A stretch of 63,895 nt of DNA, filler included, from Reclinomonas americana ATCC 50394 (Eukaryota), in assembly GCA_048213135.1 (NCBI GenBank). It is 37 parts of 37 records of this genome, joined end to end, with 100 filler letters (N's around TTAATTAATTAA, not from the genome) between each part and the next. Parts side by side here need not be neighbours in the genome. Positions count along the whole stretch, not along the records: positions 23,035 to 24,699 come from AFZH01025335.1; positions 24,800 to 26,462 come from AFZH01025336.1; positions 26,563 to 28,224 come from AFZH01025337.1; positions 28,325 to 29,985 come from AFZH01025338.1; positions 30,086 to 31,745 come from AFZH01025339.1; positions 31,846 to 33,505 come from AFZH01025340.1; positions 33,606 to 35,266 come from AFZH01025341.1; positions 35,367 to 36,544 come from AFZH01025342.1; 29 more parts are not named here. One strand, 5' to 3'. Position numbers and translations under genes: made by a program. A model generated the notes under the pieces. That model was not told the DNA's origin and did not search any database. It worked only from the letters and a program-made list of their open reading frames with translations. Of the stretch, positions 23,967 through 36,644 are shown piece after piece. Each line of letters begins with the position of its first letter. Position 1 is the first letter of the stretch.

Positions 23967-24522
23967 ATGGGTTGCGGAGCGTCGGTCAGCACAGCGCCAG
24001 CTGCAACAACAACAACAACAACATCGGCAGTGGCGGTGACTCCAGGTCACGAGGACAAAGCCGCCGCCGCCGCCCCACCACATGCAGCCGCTCCCTCGCC
24101 CAAGGCGGAAGCCGCCGCCGCACCTCCTCCGATTGACGACTCGGCGGCGCCTGCTTCGCCCTCGGCCAGTGCTGCTGCGCCCTATGGAGCCGCTGCGGAG
24201 CCAGTGGAGACAGCGGAGCAGAAGAGTACGTGACGCACGCATACACACTGAGTGAGATTGCATTCTCTGATCAGTACTTGCGCAGTGGAGAAGGCGCTGG
24301 CCAAGCTGCGGCATGAGCTCACGCAGTTCACCAAGACGTCGACGTTTGCCGGCTTGCGCGATACGCTGTTCAAGCAGGTGTGTGTGTGTGTGTGTGTGAG
24401 AGAGAGGTGCATGGTTGCATGGCGACGGTTGACCGGTGACTGGTTGTTCGTAGGTGGACCAGGACGGCAATCGCGCCATTGACTCGGAGGAGTTGTTTGT
24501 GGCCATGGATCAAGTGCATTCA
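23967..24522 (+). CDS. Dually acylated EF-hand calcium-binding protein (partial)
   Basis: Starts MGCGAS (myristoyl Gly2, palmitoyl Cys3). After two introns it reads LFKQ|VDQDGNRAIDSEEL, an EF-hand loop. Confidence 0.75.
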
Positions 24523-24624
24523 GGTGGGGTGGAGGGAGAGGGAAAGGGAAAGGGAAAGGGAAAGGGAAAGGGGAAGGGAAAGGGAGAAGAGAAGAAGGAA
24601 AAAGGAGATTGACATGAGATGGAG

Positions 24625-24664
<40 letters not shown>

Positions 24665-24832
24665 GAGAGGAGGAGGAGGAGGAGGAGGAGGAGAGAGAGN
24701 NNNNNNNNNNNNNNNNNNNNNNNNNNNNNNNNNNNNNNNNNNNTTAATTAATTAANNNNNNNNNNNNNNNNNNNNNNNNNNNNNNNNNNNNNNNNNNNNC
24801 AACAAGAAAAAAGAATGAGTGTGTCTCGCCGA

Positions 24833-26300
24833 TTAGACACACACGTACTCGGCCTCGATGACACGGAAGCGCACACACGAGTCCATCTCGAAATCATCGA
24901 CCAACATCCAGCACTCGCGCAGTCCCTGGCACCGATCCTGAATGTCAATGGTCAGGTCGCGCACCGAGGCACAGCCCATGCCAGGCAGCGCAGCGTCGCA
25001 TGCATCCGACTGCGTGGCCGGTCGAATCCGCGCACCCTGGATCATCAAACGAGTCTGGTCCTTGCCTGCACGCACAGACAATTGATTGAGCACACAGTCA
25101 AGGTGAATAGCAGCAGGAAAACAGCGCCGCGTCTGTGGGTGCGCAACATTGCAGTGTCATGGCAAAGTTGCCGCAGGCACGCGACTGCATCACTCCCGGC
25201 GGCAGCACCGGCGTCGGCAGTACCACTTGCTCGATATCCGGCACCGCCGGAGTCGGCGTGCTCGGTGTGGTCGGTGTGGTGGGGGTCGGTGTAGTTGGTG
25301 TGGTCGGCGTGGTCGGCGTGGTCGGCGTGGTAGGCTTGGGCACCACCTGATGCCGTGCAATGTGAGAGACGAGCACAAACAGACAGACAGACAGACGGGT
25401 GGGTGGCGGAAAAAATACAAACCGCGCAGCTCCAGTCAGCCTCCAGCACCGTGTACCGGCTGCAGTCGGTCATGTCGAACGAGGCTGTGGTGGTGGAGCA
25501 GTCCTGCTGACCGGCGCACGCCAGCTGCAGCAGCGTGGTGACATCCGAAACGCGATCGCATTGCGGCGGCCAGTACATGGTGACACCCGACGCGTTGACG
25601 TTGGAGTACTGCGCCAGTGTGGTGCAGTTGTCGGCATTCGACGTCCAGTACGGCTGCGTCGACAGGCTGTTGGCGTACGGCTCAGCTGGGTGCAAACGGC
25701 CAGCAGCAATGGCAATGACGGTGCCAGCCGGGCACGAGAGCGACATGGCCGTCAGCGGGCACACCTTGGTGCGGATCGAGCCCGCAGCCACTGCTCGAAA
25801 GAACAATCGTCAGCAAGAGAGGCAATAAACAGCAAGCAACAGAGTGACAAACCCGCCGGACTGGTGAACGGGTACACATACGGCGTCGGCGTCGGCAGTG
25901 ACGGCGGCGTCGGTGAAATCGGTGTCGATGGATCCGCCGGTGTGGCGGGCGTGGTGGGTGTCGTCGGTGTGGTGGGCGTGGTCGGCGTGGTGGGTGTGGT
26001 GGGCGTCGTTGGTGTGGTCGTCGGCGTGGTGGGTGTCGTCGGTGTCGTCGGTGTCGTGGGCGTGGTCGGCGTGGTCGTGGGCGTGGTCGGTGTGGTTGTC
26101 GGCGTGGTCGGTGTCGTCGTGGGCGTGGTCGGTGTTGTTGTCGGCGTGGTCGGTGTCGACGGCGAGGAGGGAGTCTCCGACAGCGGAGGGGAGGAGAACA
26201 CCGGCGGCAACGGCGGGATGTCATAAGGATTGGACGGCAGGTACGGCGGCAGGATGCGCGACGCGATCACGTCAGTGTACCAGGCGACCACCGTTGTCTG
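24833..26300 (-). CDS. Secreted/surface protein with SUEL/Gal_Lectin-like domains and (TPT)n mucin stalks
   Basis: CPLTAMSLSCPAGTVIAI...CAGQQDC...DCSRYTVLEADWSC and a second ...RCQGLRECW...DSCVRFRVIEAEYVC, with Thr-Pro repeats between them. Confidence 0.7.
25940..26160 (-). repeat. Coding 9-12 nt repeat encoding (PT)n/(PTT)n
   Basis: Seen directly. Confidence 0.9.
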
Positions 26301-26668
26301 CACGCGTGAAATAAATGAGGGAGAGGGAGAGAGAGGGAGAGAGAGCAGCCAAGCAAAGCAAAGAGAGACGCACCCACGGATACGGCTGACGCGGTGTCAC
26401 TGGCTGCGGAATAAAGCCGTACGGTACGAGGCCCGGACTCGATGTGTCGCTGACCAGAGCGGNNNNNNNNNNNNNNNNNNNNNNNNNNNNNNNNNNNNNN
26501 NNNNNNTTAATTAATTAANNNNNNNNNNNNNNNNNNNNNNNNNNNNNNNNNNNNNNNNNNNNAACACACAACACACGCGCGCTCACGTACACAAACACAG
26601 CAAAAAGAAGCAGAAGGAGGAAGAGCCACACACACTCACACACGCGCATCTTCACCGACTGCAACATC

Positions 26669-28224
26669 ATGGACGCAGATGACTTTCGGCGAGTGGATGC
26701 AGTGGCTGATCGGTTCCAGGCAGCGAGAAAGGCTCTCGATGCTAAAGAGTATGCTGCGGCTGCTCCACTCTTCGCCGAGTGTGTGCGCGACTTCACTGAG
26801 CTTCTCGGGCCGCACAATGAGACGTATACGATTCAATCGGCAATCTTTCAGATGCAGTGTCTACTCCACGTTAAAGACCACGCAGGCGCGATTTCGGTGC
26901 TCGAGGAGTTGTCGGAGCGATATAGCCGGGTGTATGGCGATGACCACAAGGTGGTGCTGTATGTGTCGGGCACAATGGGCGTGAAACTGCATGATGTGGG
27001 TCGAGTCACGGAGGGCATTGTTCTCTTGCGCGGCGCAATTGACAAGCTGCGACGTTTGCTTCCCGAGGGCGACGTGAGCATTTTACCGTTGATGAGTTTC
27101 TCTCTTAACATTCTGTTTGCTGCAGACATGTTGGAAGAGGCTATTGACGTTGGCAGGGAATTCCTGAAGAGAGCCAACCTCCCAGGTGCAGAAGAGCTCA
27201 CTGCTGGCACTCGTAGCAGACTTGGTGCGGCTCTTATGGAATTGGGCGGCACAGCGAACTTGACCGAGGCTGCGACGATGTTTGAGTGCGCTTTAGATGC
27301 GTTGCGCGACTCTCGTGGATTGAGCGATCCGGAGACACTGCGTGTGGCGCAGAAGCTCGGTAACGTACTCGCCATGCTGAGACGATACGACGAGACCGTT
27401 GGTCTTTTGCGCGACACGCTGCGGCGTCAGAAACGAGTGTTGCCAGAGAGTAGCGCTGAGCCGCTGGACACGATGAGCATTCTCGTCCGGGCACTCTTTG
27501 AAAGTGGAGACGGGTGGGCGGCACTGGACTTTGGACGCGAGTTGCTGGCAGGGCGGCGCAAGTTGTACGGGGACGATGCCGACGCAACTCTTGCAGAAGC
27601 CGTCAGATTGAGCGATCAGCTTCTTACCGTCTGTAGCGCGAGCAGTATAGTTGAGGCCTTGACTCTGCTGGAAGATGTTCGTGAGCGATGGATACGGAGG
27701 ATTGGTCCGGATCACATTTGGACACTATCAGCTGCAGCTAAACTTGGTTGCGCTCTGCAACACCTTGCTCGACCGTGGGAAGCAATTGAATTGCTGACTG
27801 ATACTCTGGATCGGCTGAGACGGCATGATCAGCCTGACAGAGATATGATTCAATTGTCGTTGCATGTTCTCATACTCGCGCACGCATCGTGCAGAAATTA
27901 TGCTGAGGCGGTTCGATTCGGTCGAGAAGCTCTCCCACTTCGACGACTTGAATTTGGTGACGACCATCCTATGACGTTTCGCTGTATGCGGGGCAATGCG
28001 TTGTACCTTACAAAACTCGGTGGTGTGGAAAACTTGAAGGAAGCCGAGTGCCTTATGGAGGACATCGTGAGCAGAAGGGAGCGCCTGTTTGTATCCGATA
28101 ATGTTACGATGGAAGACGATCGAAAGCAGCTGGATGGCATCCGTGCTGCTCTCGAGGATGCTCGGCACAAGGAAGGAGTGCCGCACGACCATGACGCGAA
28201 GAAAAAGAAGAAGAAAAACAAGAA
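26669..28224 (+). CDS. Intronless TPR protein (kinesin-light-chain-like 42-aa TPRs), 3' partial
   Basis: Repeated LGPHNETYT, YGDDHKVVL, GLSDPETL, YGDDADATL, IGPDHIWTL and FGDDHPMTF motifs. Confidence 0.85.
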
Positions 28225-30760
28225 NNNNNNNNNNNNNNNNNNNNNNNNNNNNNNNNNNNNNNNNNNNNTTAATTAATTAANNNNNNNNNNNNNNNNNNNN
28301 NNNNNNNNNNNNNNNNNNNNNNNNTTTCAGTTCTTGACCATTTTTCCTGCTCACCCCAGGTCTCCGGTGCCATCTCCGCCGATGCCGTCATCTCCGTTTG
28401 TTTCAGTCATGGTGAAGTGATCACTGTTGTGGGCAGTCAAGCATGCCAACACGCTCTCACTGCAATATTCATGCCCAGCGAACTGCGCTGTGGCGCCGAG
28501 TGCGTGGAATTGTCGCTCATCAGCAGCAGGCTGAAGGTGGCGAATACGCCAGCGGCAATGGCTCCATGCTGGCGATCGGACCATCGACTTGCCACGTCTC
28601 TTTGAGCGGAGCCGATGCGAGTGGGTGAATGAGTCGATGCTGCGTGTATTAACATAGTGGTGCGATTGACACTGACTTGCGTTCGCGAATACGCAGAATG
28701 TACCGGTCAGGAGCCGTGTCACCTCGCCGGTTCGTAAAGGAGAGTGAGGGTGCTTGTCTTCTGTTTATAGATGCTGACTCACTGTGCGTACCTTGCTGTT
28801 AGGTCACCTGTGGATTGGAGTCATCGTCACGGGGGCCATCGCGGAACGCCAGTTCTGACCGTGCCTATCGCATCCGCCTTCACTCCGCTGCCGTCTATAG
28901 TGGTGAGCGAATTGGAACTGCTGCACACGAAAAAAGAGAAGCACACGCACACGCAGCTAGTCACCACTAAGGCATGACACACGCGCACTTACGCCGTCGG
29001 CACACGCACAGCACTCTGCCATGTGGCAACGAGTTCGCACTCTGTTGGCTGATCAACAACGGACTCGCGACAACATGCCCGTGCTGGAGCCGCCGGAGGG
29101 CGATTTCAAGTTGAAGCAGGTGAGCGAATGAGACAGAGCGGTGGCGAGGGACGCAATGTCCTTCAAGGTTCCTTTCATTCGTCGATCATGGTCATTCAGT
29201 GATCTGCGAGAGCTGTAGACGCAAGGGGTGCGGAAATTGACTCCCGTACTGACTTGCACGCGCAGGTCGATGGAAACCAGTGTCCTGTTCCCAGCATTAC
29301 TGTAGAGGATCGAAGTGAGCGCCCTCGCCGTCTATTTGCCGCGGAGTCTTCTGCTGGTGAGAGGGGGAGAAGAGGGAAAGGGATGGGAGAAGGGAAGGGA
29401 AGGGAGGGGATGAGAGGAAAGGGATGGGAAAAGGAAAAGGAGAAGGGGGAGAAGAGGGAAATGGAAGAGAGGAAGAGAGGAAAGGACAAGTGAGTGGACT
29501 GATGGTATTGAGAGGCAAGTGAGAGGAAGCAACAGAAGAGAACGAGGGAGGCAAGAGAGACAGCGGAGGAAAGAGAGAGAGAGCTAAAGGTACAGAGAAC
29601 CAAGTGTGGAAGGGAGAGAGCAACGAGGAAGGGCAAGTGAAAGCAGAGAGAGAGAGAGAGTGAGAGAGGCAGGAGAGGTAAGTGTGGAAAGAAGAGAGGT
29701 GGCGAGGAGAGGCAAGGGAGAGCGGAGAGAGACATGAGAGGAAAATGCAGAAGGAAGAGCAGTAACTAGGAAGGGCTGGAGAGAGCCGAGACAGAGAGAG
29801 AGGCAGGAGAGGCAAGGAAAAGCCGGGAGAGAAGGGAGAGGCAACCGGGGAAGGGAGAGCAGAGAGCGGAGAGAGAGGAGGCAGAATATGGATAGATGAG
29901 AGGTAACGAGGAAGGGCAAGGGAGAGCCGAGACGGAAGGGGGAGGCACGTGTGGAAGGATGTGTGGCAACAAGGAAGTGCGTGTANNNNNNNNNNNNNNN
30001 NNNNNNNNNNNNNNNNNNNNNNNNNNNNNTTAATTAATTAANNNNNNNNNNNNNNNNNNNNNNNNNNNNNNNNNNNNNNNNNNNNCCGAATCCGCAGCAG
30101 AATTACGGTGGCGGAGGCGGTCCGGAGGTCAATGGATGGCGGCGGTGGCGGGTGGGTGGTGTGATGGTGTCGGAGCAGCGGCTTACACGGTGACCTGCCG
30201 CCGCTCTGTTAATATCGTGGTGTTTCTATCTCTCCCCCACTCTTCTTGCCTTTTTTTCTCTTTCTCTCCCTCTCTCTGTGTGTATGTGGTGCGACACGTG
30301 GAATACATGGCTCTGGAAATGCCTTGAAATACTCGAATGCTTCGTTGTATCGCAAACAACTAAACGAACTTCAATCACAAAGTCCCGCATGACAGACACC
30401 GCGTCGGTCACAAACCACACACGTCGACTCGGGAGCGCACGGCTGCAGTTGCGTCCGTACGTGTGCACACCTGTGTGTCTGTGATTGTGTATACGGGTCC
30501 CACACCAGAATACCTTGCCCTCATTTTCCGTCTCGTTGTGGGCGCGAGTGTGTGTGTGGTCAGTCGCTCATTTCCAACGCACTTTGTTCCCCTCTCTCCT
30601 CCCCCTTCCGCTCTCCCACTGCAGCAGCACAGCTGACTGGCAAGCGTTGCAGCAGCACATGTCAGACGACTCGCTCTCCTCGGCGGAAAGGTGTGTGAAT
30701 GCGCGAGTGTGAGTGTGAGTGTAAGTGTGAGTGTGTGACGCCTGTGACGCAGCCTCTCTG

Positions 30761-31745
30761 ATGGCGGCGCACCCGACGACACTCCCATGGAGGTCGACAC
30801 CGTGAGCAGCACTGCCGGTGAGTGCATGAATGCATGTGTACTCACACGTCTGTGAGTCGCGCGCCCTCACTTCTTGCTCTTCGCGCAGGCGCCACTGCTG
30901 CTGCCTCCTCCGCGCGACCCACACGCAAGAGGAAGCCGGCAGCAGAGAGCAGCGCAAGCGGTGCCGGTGGTGGCAGTGGTGGGAAGGTCGGCAGCAAGCC
31001 GCCTGCTGCTGCTGCCGCTCGTGTCAATGGTGGAGTGGAGGGTGGCAAGAAGGCTGCTCCTGCTGCACCAGCGTCCAAGAAGAAACGTGAGCACCGCCGC
31101 CCTCCTCTCTCTCTCTCTCACTCCCTGCACTCAACCTCCCTCTCATTGATGTAGCTGCGGGTGAGGTGTCGTCGGGCAAGAAGGCACCTGCCGCATCATC
31201 ATCTTCGTCGTCGGCGACCAAGACCGCCAAGCAGACACCGACACCCAAGAGCGGCAAGCCGACTGCCGGTGGCAAGGCAACTGGTGCTGCCGCCGCGCCG
31301 AAGAGCAAGACTCCCACGTCGGCAACAAAGGGCGCCAAGGCGGCCTCTGGCAAGTCGGCGTCGTCGGCCAGCAAGGCGGCGACGGGCAAGCAGGCCAAGC
31401 CGGCACCCAAGACTACGACCAAGACAAGCAAGAAGCCGCAACAGCAGTCGTCCAAGAAGAGTAAGAAGAAGGTGGCAGAGGAGGGTGATGGGGACGACGA
31501 GGGCGATGCGGCGGCGGACTTGGCAGGAGAGGATGCCGACGACGAGAATGGTGGGGAGGATGAAGACGACGACGACGACGAGGAGGAGGAGGAGGTAGAA
31601 GACGAGGAGGACGAGGAGCTGGAGGTGGATGAGGATGCCGATGATAAGAGCAAGGGAGAGGCGGACGAGGCGATGGATGACACGGTGCCGGTGGTGTATG
31701 TGCGTGAGTCCGACACGGATTCGCTCTCGGACTCCTCCAGCGACG
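30761..31745 (+). CDS. Protein with Lys/Ala/Ser-rich (H1-like) region followed by a long acidic tract, partial
   Basis: MAAHPTTLPWR or MEVD start, two short introns, then KKAPAAS...KQAKPAPKTTTK followed by a D/E run. Confidence 0.55.
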
Positions 31746-31845
31746 NNNNNNNNNNNNNNNNNNNNNNNNNNNNNNNNNNNNNNNNNNNNTTAATTAATTA
31801 ANNNNNNNNNNNNNNNNNNNNNNNNNNNNNNNNNNNNNNNNNNNN

Positions 31846-33210
31846 GGTACGGCAACTCCAGCTGCGATGCCGACGCGGTCGCCTGCGCCTCCAGTGACAC
31901 CGCCTGATCGTGTCGCTGCTGTCGTCGACTGACCAGTTCGCTGTCGCTAATGTGGTGACGTCGCCGCCCACGACCGCCTCGAGCTGTGCGGCCTCGGTCT
32001 CCCTCGTCGTGTGCATGCCGTTGCCGCTTGTGTGGCGGCTCCAGTGGATCCAACTCGTCATCGTCCAAGTCGTCGCTTCCGTCGCCCTCCATGCTGTCGC
32101 TGGAGAGGCTGCCACTCCCGTCGCTCAAGTAGGCGTCGCCGCGACCGTCACCGCCGTCTACACCATTGTCGCCAGCAACACGCGCGCCACCCATCCCATC
32201 ACTGGCGCTCATGGAAGGCAACACAGAGGCGGCGGAGGGCGTGGTGGTGGTGGTGGTGGTGGTGGCTCTGCCCGCACCAATGAGCCCATGCGATCTCTTG
32301 CGTCTACTCGCCCCGCCACTCTGACGGCGGCGTGCCTGCTCGTACAGCTGCTGTTGCTGCTTATGTTGCGAGGACGAAGAAGAGCGACTGGTGCCACTCG
32401 GTGACATCAGCGACGTGGCGGAGGGGAAAGGTGGCAAGGCGTTGCCCATGGACGGCAATCTCCGATCGGCCAACATTGGTGACGGCAAGAAGCCAGCTCC
32501 GGCACCGGCAGCCACAACCATTGGCGACAGCATATCACCGGGAGAGTGCGCGGTCAGCACCAACTGTCGCTCTGTGCCGAGTGGAGATTGGGTGGCGGCG
32601 GCGGCGGCGGCGGCGCTCATGTCGGCCACACGCACGGGCGAAGGTCCTCCCCATGTGCCCTGAGCCGGCAACGACACCACTTGGTTCGCCCGCGGCACAG
32701 ACACCATCGGTATGGCAGAGCCTTCGCCTCTGCCGCCGCCGCCAACACCACCGCCACTGCGGACGCCGCTCGCGGCACTTCCGGCACCAGCTGATGACAG
32801 CGCAAATTGTGGCATGGGCAGCACACGCGACGGATCATTGACACGCGCATACGCTCGTGACGACGACGACGACGATGGTGAAAAGATGGACGACGCCGCC
32901 TCGAGTGTCAACTTTTGTTGCTGTTGTTGTTGTTGATGCAGTTGTTGCTGCTGACGGAGAAAGAGAAGCTGTTGCAGTTGCTGTTGGTACTGCAGATGTT
33001 GCTGTTGCAGCACCTGCTCTTGCTGTTGTTGTTGAAGCAGAAGGAGTTCGTGTTGTTGTTGCTGCTGTTGAGAGGCCAACCACGATTGAGCAGAGGGGTC
33101 CAAACGCGACGCAATTGACAATTGCATCTGCGAAAAGCGCAGATCTGGTCTCAGCAGTTGGTTCGCCGACACGCCCATGCCACCACTCATCTCCACAGTC
33201 GATCTGCAAG
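31846..33210 (-). CDS. Poly-Gln low-complexity protein, partial
   Basis: Long ORF with a Q-run, NLS-like SRRKR and PPHKRQR, and an acidic patch. Confidence 0.55.
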
Positions 33211-33751
33211 AGGAGAAGAAGAAGGAGCGAGAGGGGAAAAAACCAGCTTGAGAATCTACAAAACGCGTGGCGCACATGCATGCCAAGTTTGGCAACATGA
33301 CGCCGCCGCCACCACCGCCGCCACCACCACCAAGCACAAACCTTCTCCTCGCCTCGGCGTGCGACTCCATGGCGGCAACACTCGGCAGACACGTATCACT
33401 CTGCTGCATACCCCCAACGGGAGAAGCAGCAGGCGCAAAGGTGACCCCGCTGGGCGGTGATGCCACAAATCCGCTGTGACCACTACTGGTGTGCTGTGGT
33501 GGTGGNNNNNNNNNNNNNNNNNNNNNNNNNNNNNNNNNNNNNNNNNNNNTTAATTAATTAANNNNNNNNNNNNNNNNNNNNNNNNNNNNNNNNNNNNNNN
33601 NNNNNGCGGCTGCGGCGGCTGCGGCTGCCACCGTACAATGAAAATTATTATCAACATGTTTTGCTGTAAACGAAAGTTACCACACCGAGAAGGGGGTTGT
33701 ATTTACTTGAGCAAAAAGGAGGAAAGAGAGTGCCGCACGAGTGTGGAGGAC

Positions 33752-35266
33752 TCAGTTGTCCACCTGAACGTCCACGTGGCGCGGTGACAGGGGTCCACGC
33801 AGCACCGGATCGTTGTCGGGCATGATTTCTGGCTCGGGCACCGCTTCGAGTTTGCGCGGTGGCGGGATGCAACTCAGCCACCGCTGAATGCGCTCAATGT
33901 GAATGAGGTTGGCGGCGGCGTACGAGTTGCCGGCCGGTGACAACACATCGACGCCCATGCCCTTGAGCGACTCGCGACGGCGCAGGCGATTAAAGTGTCG
34001 CAGATTGCCGGAGCAGAGCGAGGCGACCTCGTCGCCGTCGCTCTCCGACCCAGACGTGTCGTCGTCTTCATCGTCGCCGCCCTTGCTGCGTCGCGCCGAC
34101 GACATTCCCATCGAGTGCTTCTCTTCCTCCACTTGCCACGCCGTGTCCTCGTCGCCGAGTTGTGACATGCGCGAGCGAGAGAAGCCGCTGATGGAGCCAG
34201 CGCGCGAGCCGTACATTTGCCGCTGTGAGCTATCGGCACCGGGACCGTAGCCGGCGGCGTACCCGGCCACTGTGCTCGTGGCCGGTCCAAACGAGCTGCA
34301 TCGACTGGCACGCGACACACTTCGCTTGCCATCTGCAAGGAAAAACAGGAGGTGAGAAGAACTGGGTATGTTGTCTTGCCCTGTTGTAAGATCACGCACC
34401 ATCTCGATACGCATTCTCCATGACGTGCGCGGCAGTGAGGCTCCACCGCCGAGCATGTCCTCTCCGCGGTGGCCGCTCCACATCGGCCGAATCACCCAGG
34501 CTGTGTCCACTCTCGCCGCCACTGCTGTAAAAAGTCGGTGCGCTTGGGCGACGCCACCGACCAGCGCCGCGCACCATTGTACGGCGACATGGGCGGCAAG
34601 CGACTGGCGCCCACCGACGGCGACGAACAGTAGCTATCGGTGGTGTTGGAGGCCGGCGAGCGCATCACTGGCGACGGCGCACGACGCATCGGTGATGGGG
34701 CGTGGCGTTCGCGTTCAGCCTCGCGCTCCGCCGTCGTCTCCAGCACCGACGGCGTCATGCTGCGACGCTGCGCCAGACTCGGCGACGCCACCTGCTGCTG
34801 ATGACTTGCCGGCGATGCAGGCGGACGCGAGGCCAGTGGCGGAAGATTGTGGCGCACCAGTCGCGGCGAGGTAACTGTCGGCGCCACCGGCGGCAACTGC
34901 GGCTCAGCCGTCTCAATCGGTCGCGGTAGCCGCGGCTTCTCCGTCGGCACCGGCACCGAGAACCGCCGCGGCGATACCGGCGGCGGCGGCAAGTTGCGCG
35001 GCGACACTGGCGGCGGCGGCAACTGCTCACGCGGCGACGGTCCGCTCTCCCCTCGCGGCGTGGTCGGAATACCGCGCAGCTGCGGCAGTCGCATATCGCC
35101 CGGCTCCGGCAGCTCCGACGGCACCATGTCCGGCGCCGTCAACGTGCGTCGCAAGTGCAGCGGCATCGGCGATCCGGTATCCTGCGACGGCAGGCGGCGG
35201 CGGCGCAGGACCTTGCCGCGCTTGCCCTTCTTCTTCACCTCTGGCTGCTCGTCAACGGCCGCCGCC
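33752..35266 (-). CDS. Pro/Ser/Arg-rich protein, 3' part
   Basis: Overlapping ORFs 34492-35238 and 33752-34522, a putative intron near 34334-34399, and TGA at 33752. The exact frame join is unresolved. Confidence 0.45.
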
Positions 35267-35366
35267 NNNNNNNNNNNNNNNNNNNNNNNNNNNNNNNNNN
35301 NNNNNNNNNNTTAATTAATTAANNNNNNNNNNNNNNNNNNNNNNNNNNNNNNNNNNNNNNNNNNNN

Positions 35367-35560
35367 ACAGTGAGATGCACATGACGCACGACAGCGAGGA
35401 ACACAGACGAGCGGCAGCGAGACACGCATGACAAGCGACAGCGAGGAGCGCATGACGAGTGACAGCGAGACGCATGACGAGAGACAGCGAGGAAAAAATG
35501 ACGAGCGACAGCGAGAAACACATGAAGAGGGACAGCGAGGAACAGTTGACGAGCGACACA
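35367..35560. repeat. Degenerate ~22-nt intronic minisatellite (GACGAGCGACAGCGAGG-like)
   Basis: About 8 imperfect copies are visible. Confidence 0.8.
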
Positions 35561-35617
35561 TGTCGAGCAACAGTGATTGATTCAAAGCACAGTCACTCTG
35601 AGAAACTGCAGACGCAC

Positions 35618-36144
35618 CCAACACGAGCTGCTGGAAGTAGTGACGGGCAATCTTTTCCGGGAAGAAGCGCGCTTGCACTGCACCGCAACCGCGTCAACGC
35701 ACAGGTATCGATTTCTGGCGAGAGAAACAACAAAGTACTCACCAATGCGATCAAACAGCTCACCACCACGTACGAACTCGAGCACAATGTTGATGTGATG
35801 GCGCGTCTTGAACACCTGCACTTGCATGATCAGTACTCGTGCGTGCGCTCCCCAGCAGCCGTGCCGACACGCAACTTCGCGCATTTGCACGACATTCGGG
35901 TGCTTCATCTTCTTGGAAATGGCGATTTCGCGCTTCAGCTGCTCCTCCATGCTCTCGGCTGCAGAGAGCGACAAGGGATCAGAGACAGGGTGTGAGTGGG
36001 AGAGGGAGAGAGCTCCGACGAGACGCACCCTCGATCTTGGCGATCTCAATGACCTGGCGGCAAGCAAGTGAGCAGGTGGTGCAAAAAAAGAGAAAATGAT
36101 GGGAGGCAAACCTTCACAGCCCACATCTCGTGCGTGTTGATATC
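35618..36144 (-). CDS. SNF1/CIPK-like Ser/Thr kinase, N-lobe exons
   Basis: EMWAVK, MEEQLKREIAISKKMKHPNVVQMRE|VFKTRHHINIVLEFVRGGELFDRI|...EKIARHYFQQLVLG. Confidence 0.9.
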
Positions 36145-36491
36145 CTGCGAGGGTGGGGGAAGTGAGTGACAAGAGGAAGAAGAGAGGGGTGAGTGAGGGA
36201 GTGTGGGGGGAGAGGAGCGAGGAAGAAGGGAGTGAGTGCGCTGCGACACAAGGAGGGGATCGTGGGAGTGAATGCGTGAGAACGAAGGAGAGGAGGTCCA
36301 CAACAAACAGAGAGAGTGAGGGACTGCCGTGAATGCAGCAACTGAGTAAATGAGAGAGTGAGCGTGAACGAGAGAGACGAAAGAGAAATTGAGGAGTCAA
36401 TGAACAACAAACATGGTAACAGCTGTGACTGCAGTTCCTGTGTGAGAGAGAGAGAGAGGGAGAGAGAGGGAGGGAGGAACAGAGTGAGAGA

Positions 36492-36544
<53 letters not shown>

Positions 36545-36644
36545 NNNNNNNNNNNNNNNNNNNNNNNNNNNNNNNNNNNNNNNNNNNNTTAATTAATTAA
36601 NNNNNNNNNNNNNNNNNNNNNNNNNNNNNNNNNNNNNNNNNNNN

